Shown here one piece after another: positions 1 through 12,518 of a stretch of 64,000 nucleotides of DNA. Numbering within the stretch: the first letter of the stretch is position 1; every line of letters starts with the position of its first letter. The notes beneath the pieces were generated by a model that saw only the letters and a program-made list of their open reading frames with translations, was not told the DNA's origin and made no database searches. Source of the stretch: Vicugna vicugna. Lineage: Eukaryota. Both the position numbers and the translations under genes were made by a program. The stretch is from contig MU058337.1 of the NCBI GenBank assembly GCA_013265495.1, forward strand, positions 2,014,686 through 2,078,685, read 5' to 3'.

Positions 1-1694
1 TAGAAATACTATGAATTCACTATCAGTTGTATGAGGATTTGCATTTTGTTCAATGAAAATTTCCATTTTGATAGGCAGAAACTTGAAAGTACAGGACATA
101 TATGTGTAAAGCCTCTTCTTGTTTTTAAAAATCTATATGGATTCTTGGAGTTCTTGCAATAACTTCCAAGTCCCCTGGGGTCCCTCTTCTACACTTTAGA
201 GCCCACTGATCTAGATTTTAATTTGATGGATTCCATCAAGGGGTTTGTTAAAGAAATTTACAAGTTACAAGAATCGTACGATTTTAGTATGAAATATTTA
301 CTAATATTGTAGGCAGTTACTTGTTTTACAATCCACAGAAACAACCCTCTGGTATCTAGAATTAGAACGTGATAACGACTTTGATAAATTAGAATTGCAA
401 ACAAGCATAATTTGCCCCTGTTTTAAGAGCGTATCAGTGCCCCTTGTCGCCACTAATGGTGAGGACTCTATAAATCAGGAACAAATTCCCGACGGGGTGG
501 CCTCTTCTGAATGCTCTTGTCTCTTTACAAAGGTGAGCACAGGTGGCAGATGACACGCGGGGCGAATTGCTCTGCAGGTCAGCACTGTCTGAGTGATCTG
601 CCAGGTGTGGGAATGTACAAATCAAACAGTACGTTTCTGGAATGTCTGAAAATGTGGGCCACCTATGGCCCGGGAGACAGTTTTGATCACTGACTGCGGG
701 ACAGACTGATCCAGCCAGAAAAATCAGGGATGGCGGCTGGGGTTGGAGGTGAGCAGAGAGCATTTTACAACTTACAGAACTTGACCCGTCTCAGAGAACA
801 GGGACCTTCAAGCCCCACGCCGGAGCCGTGGTTCCGGTGCTTGATTTTGCTGGTCTCTGCACCGCCCGGGTGCCAGCCCGATCCAGCCCAGCCCTCCAGA
901 AGCAGGGCTGAGGCAGGAATGAATCACTGTCAGGGAGAGTCTCAGCAAATGGGGTGAAAGGGCAGTGTGGCGAGGCGGCCCTCTGCACTTCTCAGTGGTG
1001 CAGGCTTCCCAGTGACGAAACACTGGGAGAGGAACACATGCTCTGCCGTCGCTGAGACCCCAGTTCGTAATCAACGTTTATGATTTATTAGCTTTACAAT
1101 CCGGGGCTGTTTCAGTGCATTTCTCAGCCTCCATTTCCTCATCTCTAAAATAGAGCCATTGCTTCTTTGTAAGGCAAGGTGTGGGTTACACGTGATCGGC
1201 TCTCCCGAGTGCCAGGAAGAGCCTCGTGGAGCCGGATTAGAAAGAGCAGAAAAGCATTAGCGGTTTCTTCTGCAGCTTCTTGCGTCGCTTGCATATTACA
1301 GTGGAGCTTCTGTCCGTCCGAACTCCGAGGCTTCCCCGCGTCGTGAAGGACGGCAGGGAGAAGGGTGGCTCACCAAGGGGAGCCTGCAGCCACCCTCACC
1401 TTCCTCGGGGCTTCGCTGCTCCGAGTCACTCAGAACTTAGCGTAAAGCCACACTCCAGACCTGGGGGCAGGCATCTCAACTCCCTTGACCCTCTTCTTTG
1501 GACTAATCTCCACGTTTTTCACACTATCACCCAATAGATGCTGAGAAGCGGCGAATCCAAAAATGGGAACTCCATTGACAAGTTCAAGGGGGCAGCGTGC
1601 ATTAAAAGACTGTGAACTCCAAAGCGCAGGCATGCAGGCTGTGGCCAGCTCTCAGCAAGACGGTTAATGCAAGGAACTGGGGCGAGACGCTTCT

Positions 1695-1885
1695 GACTGG
1701 ATTTCGGCTCCTCTGGCTGCTCGCTGTGGGACCCTGGGCAACTGACTTCATCTTTCTCTCAGCTCCCTCATCTGAAACAGTGAGGAGCATAATGATTCCA
1801 TCAACCTCGTAGGATTTTCGTGAGGATTCAATGAAATTCTAGATATAAAGAGCTTGAAGCAGAGCTCGTTGACATAAGGTGCTAG
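1695..1885 (+). mobile_element. MIR SINE (ancient)
   Basis: GCTGTGGGACCCTGGGCAACTGACTTCATC...CTCAGCTCCCTCATCTGAAAC...AACCTCGTAGGATTTTCGTGAGGATTCAATGA is collinear with the MIR core consensus. Confidence 0.8.
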
Positions 1886-3104
1886 TGTCAGCAGCCAAGT
1901 GATGGGTTTAAGAGATGCGGTCAACTAAGACGCAGCACCTGGGGACATGACAGCAGCAGCCGGACAGCGGGTGTGTGACCAGGAGTCTGATCATTAGGGT
2001 TCCTCTGAAGAGTCAAGCTGCAGATACTTTCCAAGAGAGGTGTCATGTGGGAGATGACCTCTATGCATTGGTAGCCTCTACATACAATCCCAGAAAATCG
2101 ATTCAGGGGGTCACAGAACAGAAAACCTCATAGAACAACTTTAAATGTTCATGGACTATGGCCTATTCATCAGTTTAAAATATAAAGCTAGAAGCAAGGG
2201 GAAAGAGATGGGGCCCATTAGCTGGACAGATTGGAAACAGGGTGGAAGGACCATTCTGCCTAAAGCCTGGGGCATGCAGTGTCCACGTGCTCCTGCCCTC
2301 TCTCCGCCTCCTTCTTTCCTGCAGATGAGGGGATTGAGGTTGGAGTGAGATGCCCAGGTCAGTGGCACTCACTTGTTCTCTTGGACAGACAGAGGGACAA
2401 GTAAGCCTGGACAGTGGCTGTGGATTGACAACCAACCTCCTGAAAAGCCATGGAATTTATGGTAATTTCTGGGGCAGAAGACTCGGGGGATCGAATGAGT
2501 GTCACCAAAGGGTGTCTGAGTCAAGACCTCAGCAGTTCTAAGTGCTCATGTATATTCAGTGTGTCCTGAGCATTTAAGCTTTTGTATATATTTGGTGCGT
2601 CATGCCTCATCCGTGTTTAGAGTGTTTCGAATATTTAGTGCTCTGATGACTTATTTTATTTAGTGCCTCAAGAGCATCAGGTATCTCTTGACTCCCTCCC
2701 CCCATTCCTTTCTGCCTGTGTTTAATATCCATTTTTCTACTCACTCACTGCCCAGCAAACTTATGGGTATCATCCATTCCATTGATGTATTTATTTTTCT
2801 ATAGCAGAACGTTATTAAATAACATGAGAAATGTGTATGTGGAACTTTCCTGTTGGGTGGCAGTCTTGAGGAAATATTTAAAATGCACGCTTTTCAACCC
2901 TGACAAATGGCCTCTGCGCAGATTTGGGGTTCACTGAAAGAGGTTCTGAACTTGGAACCATCTAACGAGAGACCCAGCCAACCGTCTACACGCAGCCCCG
3001 GATATGACAGGTTCTTCACAGAAGTTTGCCAAATTCACGAGTGCCTTAAATTTGCAAGCATGAGTGAATTATCCTAAACAGTGTTTCTATGATTATTTGT
3101 AATT

Positions 3105-3290
3105 TTCAGCATGGTTTCACATCAAATGTCTCCTTTAGTTTGTACAACAGGGCTGTAAGGTTGGTAGAACAGGATTTATTATGTCTGTTTAACAGATGGA
3201 GAACTGAAGTCCTAAAATGCAGTTGACTCAGAGTTGCACACTGCAAATCCCAGATGCTAGAAGTCAGATTTTCTGATTCTCAGTGTCCTT
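3105..3290 (-). mobile_element. MIR-family SINE fragment
   Basis: ACAACAGGGCTGTAAGGTTGG...TTTAACAGATGGAGAACTGAAG...CTAGAAGTCAGATTTTCTGATTC resembles reverse-complement MIR core. Confidence 0.65.
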
Positions 3291-5269
3291 TGGACTGTGA
3301 GTCCCCCTTCTCTCCTGCTGTACAGCCTCATGGAGCGAGAGCTGTGTCATCCTCAATGGGACCAATAACTTCCTGTAACTTCCGGCACATAAACCACGAC
3401 CCACCGGGTGTGAACTTTTAGCACAGCTCTGAGTCTCAGTGACGATGAAACAGCCTGCTCCGGATATTACATGATTATCTGACCAATTTAAAAATACATC
3501 GACCTATTATATCCTATCACTGGTCTGCAAAAATTTCCCAGGACACATGCTGTATTGAAGTTTATCTTTTAAGAAGCATGGCCTATGTTTCTATTTATAG
3601 AAATTTGCAAAATGGGTTTATCAACTGAAAGGTATTTGGAAACACAGTGTCACTTTTTTCAACTAGATATTTGGAAGGTGCTGCAGAAACCTGAGAGTCA
3701 GAACAATATTGCCAAACGAGTGCCTTCCAGAATCCTCCACCGCTTCGATGTTTTGGACAGTAGAAGCACTTGGCTGTTCTCAGAGCCATAGTCATGCTGT
3801 GCAGGCCCACAAGGGAATTCATTCACATAGCCTGTAAATTTGCCCATCAGAACTCCAGGAGACAAGTGAGTTAAACAATACTTGCCCCCCCAAGAAGATC
3901 CCCCCTAGAAAAATGATGAGATCTTTCCTAGAGAATGAATTTGTGGTCTTCGTACTTCAGAGAAGCTAGGGGAAAAAATAGGTGTGTGTAACCAGGTCCT
4001 TTTTGTCCCTGGTAGGGTGATGCTTAAAGACATTGACGGGTGTCAGTTACTGGAGCTGATGGGTGTGCTGATGCCCCTCTCGGCTCCCAGCTGCCCGTTT
4101 TCAGGACTGGCCACTGTGGTGGAACCAGAGATGCTTCGGGGACTTGTTTCACCCTCCGAAGTCACCAGCTGTGGTCATTGACTACAGTTGCTGTGAGAAG
4201 GCTGTTCTGAATTTAGTTTGGATTTCTCTAATTTTAGACACATTTAAGAGCCCTTGGAATGGATTTGTAATGGGTTACAACATTCTTTTTTCTTTTCTTT
4301 TTTTTTGGCCAATGAGTGTCACACAGCTGTGTGTATGTGTTTACTATGTAAGTGTGCTTATGTGTGTGTGCACACGCCAAGGAGAAAAAGAGAGAAAAGG
4401 AACACAGAAAAAGTGATGAAGCCATTATCTGTCAGTCGGTTGCTTATAGAAGCTCTGGTAACTTCAGTGCCTTTTAATGAAATTGATGGCGAAATTTTAA
4501 GTGAAAAAGTTACATGAAAATATGTGTTCATTATGTAACAATTGTGTCCATGTCCATGCAGAATATTTTTTTCTAAGAAACTCAATGTCACTGAAAATAA
4601 ATACTCAACAAATCAAAATGTATTAGTAAAATAAGAAAAATACAGCAGAAATATTCTGTGCAGTTTGGAATTATACTGGATGACGTTGTTTTCAAATCCT
4701 TGAGAGTTTTCAAAAGCGGTAATAAATCTTGTGTTGGGCAACATAAAAAGTTAATTAACTGCATGTTGGGAATAAAGGGGTAAGATGATCTTGCCTCCAT
4801 TTATGATACTGAAAAAGGAAATATTAAATTATTCCATCATCATATAGATTTGAATCACCCAGTGATCTGTGTGTATACGTGTATATACATGTATATTTTC
4901 GTATTTGAAAATAGTAAGAGCCTACACTCGTAATCATTTTGTTGCAATGCTTTCCAAAGACCATTTCTTCAGTTTTCGTACCGGCTCTGCTTCCAGTCCA
5001 CTTAAAGTTAGCAACCCTAGGTTCTATACATCATTTGTCGGCAGCACTGAAAAATAGCCCCAAGGCCTTTACTCTTTGCAAATTTCTTCATTCAGGGTCT
5101 GTACTAATTTTTGAATTTGTTTTGTTCTCAGTGAACAACGTATTCTTTCTTCTACCGCATTCCAAATATAATGTAATCACTTGAGCTCTAGAAGAACTTA
5201 AATGAAGTGAAATCAGCTAGCACTATGTATATATACATTTAAAAATTCAATTTTCATTTTCCTAAAAAT

Positions 5270-5460
5270 AGTAATTAGCCATCATTTATCAGGCCCCAGA
5301 AGCTCTGCTATGCATTTTTCAAGTATATTTTTTATTAAATCCTCACAAAATCCTGGTATAATAAGTATTATTATCTTAATTTTATTGATAGCTAACTGAA
5401 GCATGGAGAGTTTGTTACATAATTTGCAGACGAGCACAGTAAGTTACAGAGCAGAAATGC
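5270..5460 (-). mobile_element. MIR SINE fragment
   Basis: TTAAATCCTCACAAAATCCTG...TATTATTATCTTAATTTTATTGATAGCTAACTGAAGCATGGAGAG matches reverse MIR core. Confidence 0.7.
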
Positions 5461-8400
5461 TAAAAAAAAATCTAAAATTCTATATTATATTGTCTCTTTT
5501 GGCAATGTTCTTTAATTTATTCAAACCATTTTAACTTAAGAGGAGGATGGTAAAAACATCAAGGGTGGTTGATAGAAGTGTGCAGCCCCCTTTCATGTAG
5601 ACTTCCTTCCATATGTGACTGCTGATACATTTATATTGTAACATGTCATAAAATCTACTTGGAAATTGGAAATGGCTTCTTTTTGTTTTGTAAGGTTTTT
5701 ATTCTTCAATTTAAAATGGACATACACCCTGTTGAATGTTCTTTCCATACGTTTAAGATTTGAGAGGTACTTATTTTTCTCTCTTCGAAAAGAGTGTGAC
5801 AAAGTAATGTGACAGCCTGGTTAGGATATCATCATTGTCATTTGGGGTGCGTGGATTCAAATGACTCTTGAGAATTAGTCAAAATTTCCTTTCTGATCAA
5901 AAAAAGTTTTTCTATATTTTGTGCACATTAAAATTATAGATTCAATATTCTTTTTTTCTAAGTCTTGAGTGTTAGGAAAAGAAGTGTGCTTATTACATTT
6001 TCTCTGTATAGGAAATTCAGGAGTATAATTGGCATATTGCAGTCACACTGCTGTTCGTGTCGTGGGCTCGCCTCGGGTGCTGTAGTGGACAGCTTACGTT
6101 CGTGAATCGCACTTTGGAAGTGAATTGTCAAATCTCTATAACTGATGTTTATTCTGTAACATATAGCACCAGCAACCTAGTGCAGCCATATTGGATTGAC
6201 CACGGTTTAAAAATAAATCCAAAATGATTCTATTGATGCAAAAATGAAAAATGACCAAGGCAAGCTTAGGATCACTTTATCAACAAATGTGATTTGAGAT
6301 CTTGAAAGAATGAAAACAGGACTACTTGTGCTGGTGTAGAGATAGGAGCCTGAATGGAGAGGGATACAGGATAAAGCTTGGGATACGGGATAAAGACTAA
6401 CGGCTGGCAAAACTGTGCTAACACACACCCAGTATTGAAACCTATGTTCTGTGGGTCAGTGGTCAGGGGACAGGACAGCTTGCTCTTCCCCCTTGAACCA
6501 ACTAGTTCCTCCAGGCCACGTGGCACAGAAGGATGTAAGATTTGACTAGACCCTCCTTGAGTAGTTACGTATCAGTTCTATATAAACAGCAGCCTTATGT
6601 TAGTTGTAGATTTCCCATAGAGCTACTGCAGTCAATGTAGTTCAATGAGCAGTTAAAAGATGGCTGATAAACACTGAGATGAAATGCAAGAATGTGAAAA
6701 ATGTAAACGTTACTTTAGATTTAGTTCCATTAATTGTAACATTGATTCTATAGACTAAATTCTATGCTAAAAGGAAGAGGTGACAACTCCAACTTTTATC
6801 TAGAGGTGTCAATTTGTAACTGATTTCCCATAGCAATTGTGTAATTTTATTTTTACAAGCAAAACACCCAGCAAGCAATGCAAGTATCACGTTGATATTT
6901 ATTAGTCTAATTAGTTGCATTTCAAAAATCCACTTAATATTCAGTATTAAAAATTCCATGATCCTCTAAGGAAGAAATACCATCATCTATCAGGAAATTA
7001 AGCAGAGCTTATAAAATCACACAGTTTTAATGCTTTATGTTTTAATATGCATAATGCATATTAGGTATTGAATGGGTTTGCATATAAGTGATTTTTAGAG
7101 CCTGCATCTTGTAACTTAAGACATAACCATTACAGCTTTCATGGAGAACGTCCAACTGTTGTTCTATCTCGACACGATGAAGTGCTTTGGATCATTAAAA
7201 CTCTTCCCATGCCCCGCTATCTCCACGCACGCACGCCTTTTGACTGCAGTGTATTATTCAGTGTTCTCTATGGGCTTGAATAGAAGGTCACTTTGACCTG
7301 CTGCTCATTTTTACTTAAGAACTGCTTTTAACAATAAGCCACTAGTGTACTTGTTTCTGGACTGACTTGAGTTTTTGGCACAATATGAAAAGCATTTGGA
7401 AAGTGTAAGTAAAAGCCTTCCGTTTCAGAAGAAATAATGGCCCCATTTGCCATGGAAACCAGAGGACTTTATGAAATTGCACTCAACTGTTTTCTGTAGT
7501 GAGCCTAAAATTATTCTAAAAATAAGTTGTATTCCTGGCATCTGCTAGCCGATGCACAAAGATTTCATCTCAGAACTCTTTCCCTTTTAGCAAAAAATGC
7601 TGTACCATTTGGATATTTCCTTTTTCCTATGGTTGAGAAAGTAGAGGGAGAGAGACGTGATACACGCAGTAGGGAATCAACAATGAGTTTTTAATTAAAT
7701 TAATCTAAATGTCTTGAAAGGCATGAGCTAGGAATTTGAGTACTGCCTCTGAGCACAGACCATCACTAAAGAGACCCAAGATAGGACTTTCCATCAACGT
7801 TAGAATGGATCAAGTTTTTGCTTTTTTTCCCTTTAGTACAGACTATTTTGTATTAATGTCACGGGAGACAAACAAAATAGGATGCTAGATGATTATACAA
7901 ATTTGAACAGACAAATACGAGTAAATAGAGACAAAGGGCCAGGCTCTTTGACCAAAATCCCACGTCATGGATTCCAACATTGAACCCAGGTGCTTTGGCT
8001 GTTGACGTGGCCGGAGTGGCCACGAGGGGCAGGAGTCACGTTTCTGATCAGTAGCGGGTGCCCGGGTCTTTGCGAGAGGCTGTCAACGAAAATCTAAAGA
8101 ACCTCGTGCTAGGAGGTAAGAAGCTGTTTCTCACCCGGAAGGCTGAGCTGGCAGGCTGAAGGCAGGGAAGAGCAGAGCAAAGAAACCCCTCAAAATAGGA
8201 TGCCTCAAGAGACAAGTAACACCCCAAAAAGCAAGAATTCACAGTTTACATCCACACGTCCCGTCCAGCCTCACCGCACATGTTCGTAGTCACAGAACCT
8301 CACTGGACAGAGTAGGTCAATGATTAATAGAAATATGAGCTCAGTTTTCCCTCAGAAAGTATGCACCGGGTGCCTGCAAGTGCCAGGCACCCTGTTAGCA

Positions 8401-8889
8401 GCTAGGAATCAAGTGATGACTCATCCTGGTCCCCAAATGTGTATTGTTCTGCATCGGCAAAGGTGTCTGAGAATCAGCCCGAATTATTACAGGAAAGAGA
8501 GAGAACTGCTTCCCTACACCTGCTCAGGAGGTGACTGTGGAATTTCCTGAGTAGGGGGATAGGTGTAGAAATTTGGAGCATTGTCCCCATTGCCCATAAC
8601 TTGGGGCCGTAAACATATAGTTTGACGTCCATACCAAGATGTTTGAGAGTGAATCAGAGTCCCAGGTGTGGACTGGGCTCCTTGGTAGACCAGCAAACAT
8701 GATTACTCTGCATTTATACCTGATGACTGTTTGGGGGACTAATGGAAATGCTTCTTTACTGTCATTTAATTGGTGGGGACTTACAGCCCTTTATTTTACA
8801 ACGTGATCGGCGATGAGTAGATGACTGAAACAGCGCGCAGAGAAAAGGCTGGTGGTGCAACTGGCGGCCCCGAATCCAGACGCTGATAT

Positions 8890-9200
8890 CAGAGGTTCAG
8901 CCTGGCCGGCAAGCTGGTATGATTCTGTCTTGGTCAACATTTCTATGGCAAGTTGGGCGAAATTATGGCAGACCTACTTGTTGTATGTACAAACAACCCA
9001 GCTTTGGGAAGGGTGATGAATACCCTGGCTCCAAGAAGCTCTTAATGAGCTGAAACAATGGAACGAGTGTTTTTTTAACTTTGGTTCTTAATGGGGATAG
9101 ATGTAAGAGACAGCACTTAATTTTACACAAGCAAACAAAATCTACCGCATAAATATGACAAAGGAAAAATGTGGTTCAGCAGCAGTGTTTGTCAAAGAGT
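8890..9200 (+). mobile_element. L3/CR1 LINE fragment (RT C-terminal region)
   Basis: TTGGTCAACATTTCTAT...CTTTGGGAAGGGTGATGAATAC...CAAGAAGCTCTTAATGAGCTGAAACAATGG...GGGGATAGATGTAAG...GTGGTTCAGCAGCAGT follows the order of CR1/L3 3' ORF2 landmarks. Confidence 0.6.
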
Positions 9201-10670
9201 CATACATCCTAGCCATGAATGTGAACTCTGGTGGTGGGGGGCGGGGTGAGGCTTTGGCAGGGTTTTATGGAAGAGCTTCAGGTCTTAGCTGGGTGCTCGG
9301 GCAAGAGCGTGCCTTCCAGTCCTGAGAGGCTGTATTCTGCAACTGTCCCCCATCTGTAGAAGGTACCAAGCCGCACTTGTTGAATGACTCGATAGATGTA
9401 TTACGGACAATGGAAGCTTAAAGGAGGGAGCTGACAGACTGCGTCACATGTCACTGGTGACCCATCTCCCTCCTGCCCTGGGGCCTCCACAGCCAAGCTC
9501 CCCCGTCTGGTGGCCTGTCCTCACCGTTGTCCTTTATAAATGCAGTTAGAAGGTTGAATCTCAGACAACGGAACCAAGAAGGCCTAATAACTTTGTAAAT
9601 CAGCAATAGGTATCTTTTTCTCTCTGGATCAGAGCATTGTTTACATGGGAGTCACCAAGCATGTTTCGATCATCGGCAGCTACTGAACAGACTGGTTTGA
9701 ACAAGGTATTCCTGAAATCTCTTGCAGCCCACGCCCATGTTTACTGTTGTTTCTCCCGGAGGCAGAGTGTTGCTCACAGCTACAGGCTGGGTGTTTACTT
9801 GGTTTCTTTGCACAGCCAGGAGAAGAAACGCCGTGCGTAGGCTTCCTAACCCAGGCTTTCCCATCCGTCCTCTCCTGAAGCTGAGACCCACTGTTTTATC
9901 TTTTTCTGCCCATCTGAAATCCTCTTTCAATGAGCCAGTTGGTTGAGGAAAATGCCGGTGACTAGGGTTTGAATTACTTTGACCACCCAGTTCCACAGCT
10001 TAAATCCGCAGGATGATCACCGATTGTTCATTACATTTCGCTCTCTGCCCAGCTGGCCTGACCTAAGAGCAGTAGCAGCCTCTTTTTTTATAGTTATTTA
10101 AAAGTAGAGTATCAGAAGCATATTTGTCAAAGTGTTTTTAAAACTCTTATACATCTGTCTGTTAAAAACTAGAAGCAGTATTTAATCTGTAAGCTATAAA
10201 TTAGACTATTACAATCTATAAAAAATTTAATTTATAAATGAGAGCTTCTAATTCTAGACATAGAACTTCAGTGATAAGTATTCTTGATGAAATAGTTAAA
10301 TATAAATAGTTCAAATATTTATATTTATATATGTGTGTATCTATATGTATATTTATGTATATTTCACAAATTTATGTATTTGTCGTTCTAAAAATAGTTT
10401 AAATAGTTCAAGCTACTTCTTAATACAATAATTTGCAGCAGAGTCTGCTGCAAAGTGAACTTCCATCAGGCAGTCCTGGTACACCCAAGATTTCTATTAC
10501 TTAAAGTGAACTGGGTTTTTTTTTCATTTAAAAAAATCTTTTTAAGTAGACATTGTTTTGAAGAAAGAACACAATTTCATCACTACATAGACAACGCTGT
10601 ATTAAAAGGGCTTTAAACATGTTGTAAACAATGGCAAATTCTCCAAACTGTGCAAATATCATAAATACGT

Positions 10671-10938
10671 ATGTGTGTGTGTGTGTTTGGGGGGCGTGTG
10701 TGTGTTTGGGGGTGTGTGTGTGTTTGGGGGGGTGTGTGTGTTTGGGTGTGTGGGTGTGTGTGTGTGTTTGGGGGGGTGTGTGTTTGGGTGTGTGTGTGTG
10801 TTTGGGGGCGTGTGTGTGTTTGGGTGTGTGTGTGTGGGGGGTGTGTGTGTGTGTCTGTGTGTGTGTGGGTGGGCTGTGTGTATGTGTGTGTGTGTTTGGG
10901 TGTGTGGGTGTGTGTGTGTGTTTGGGGTGGGGTGTGTG
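10671..10938. repeat. Compound (TG)n-TTT-Gn minisatellite-like array
   Basis: About 10 units of (TG)n TTT G3-7 read directly; accounts for the V/C/G- and H/T/P-rich ORFs at 10528-11101. Confidence 0.95.
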
Positions 10939-11854
10939 CACGCACACAGGTCTCGCTGCTAGCTCCTGCGAGCTGTTTTCTGTACAGCTTTGGCGGAGAA
11001 TATCCATTCACTTGGCAACAGTGTATTTGCTCAACGGGAGAGAGCAGTTTATGAAGCTGAGCTCTGAAATATCTCATTCTTGCTTCTGAATGAAGTCTCA
11101 TCCCACCAGTTGTTGGAATAACACATTGGATACAGGCTTTGGCAAACTAATGAATGTGCTTACTCCTGAAACAAAGACTCTTTTTGTTTGTTCAACGACA
11201 AGTAAACTTATTGGGCACAGATGACATGTTAATAAAGGGAATTTTAGCAAGATGCTGGTCGTTTCTAAGTCTGTTTGATCTCCAGAGCTTGGAAATGCAT
11301 CCTGGCACTTCTTTTAAACCTACAGGACCAATGTTCCTCAAATAAGAGACACTTGCATGTGTAATTCTGGTAAATTAAGATTATTCTACAAATTAACATA
11401 GATACAGGCATTGTATCGGAATGGAGGCTCAATGTAAGTTTGCAGTGACCTCCGCTCCACCCTACGATAGAAGGAATTCAAAGGCAGTACCCAGTAGGTG
11501 CTCAACAGTTACCTGCAAAATTGTTTAATAGGTCCCGGTGTGCTGTTCTTTTCTGATAGGTGTTACTTTTTTACCACTCTCCCTTAAATGACACAACAGA
11601 CATAAATAAATACCAACATAAACGTAAGCAAATGCCAACATGAGCATAAACAGATACACAAGGAGAGCAATTTATGTCTCCCGAGGAAACAGAAACACAT
11701 ATTTAACACAGTTCAAGAGGCAGTCGCCAACTAAGCCACAGGTTATAGACATTTAGATTTAAATTCCCATAAGGTTTAAAACAAAAGCTCTGGTATTGAA
11801 TTTCTATTGATAATTAGAGAATTTCAGATATTTCAGGAAACTGTATTAGATGGT

Positions 11855-12005
11855 CAGCTGTGTGACTTTGGGCAAGTAACTCAATCTCTCTGCGTGCTAT
11901 TTTCTGTTATTTTCTCATTTTTAAAATAGGGCAAATGAAAGGACCTAATGTCTAACTGCAAAGGTTAAATGAGTTAATATAAGAAAAGTGCTTTGAGCAG
12001 TGCAA
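11855..12005 (+). mobile_element. MIR SINE
   Basis: AGCTGTGTGACTTTGGGCAAGTAACTCAATCTCTCTG...GGTTAAATGAGTTAATATAAGAAAAGTGCTT is a strong MIR match. Confidence 0.85.
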
Positions 12006-12446
12006 ACTAAACATTATATGCACATTTCCATTACAGATATTAATATTTGTTAAAAGGTGGAGATTTCAAACACTGTCCCTTACCACTTTCTACCAGAGCA
12101 GCATGGATGATAGTTCTAAAGAGTGACCTGATCTGGAAGAAAGTAATAGTATCATTTGAAGGGATAATGGTGATAGTAAATGAGGTCTCAGTTATGCAAT
12201 ATCATCAAACATTCAATTTTCTTCATTCGAAAACGTTACAGCTAAGTGATCTCCCCCGAAGTGGCAAACCGATATAAGAAGGTTGATGGTCATGTTCCTA
12301 AATGGATTATTTATTTCACTGACTTGATGCTGTGATATATACTATTTCATAAGCATCCAGTATTTTATGATACAGTGTCAATTCTGGTATAAACTGGGGA
12401 AGCTCCTCTCTGTGCAGAATGGCCAATCGTGCTGTGACTTGAGAGT

Positions 12447-12518
12447 TTTCCTTTCCCCTCCCCCTCCCCTCCCCCTTCCCTCCCCCTCTTTTCCTCTCCC
12501 TCCTCTTTTCTCTCCTTG
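12447..12518. repeat. C/T-rich polypyrimidine low-complexity tract
   Basis: Nearly pure C/T run (CCCCTC-type units). Confidence 0.85.

Noticed and set aside
10528..11101. ORFs of 95-162 aa in several frames
   Set aside because: Translations of the (TG)n/G-run simple repeat.
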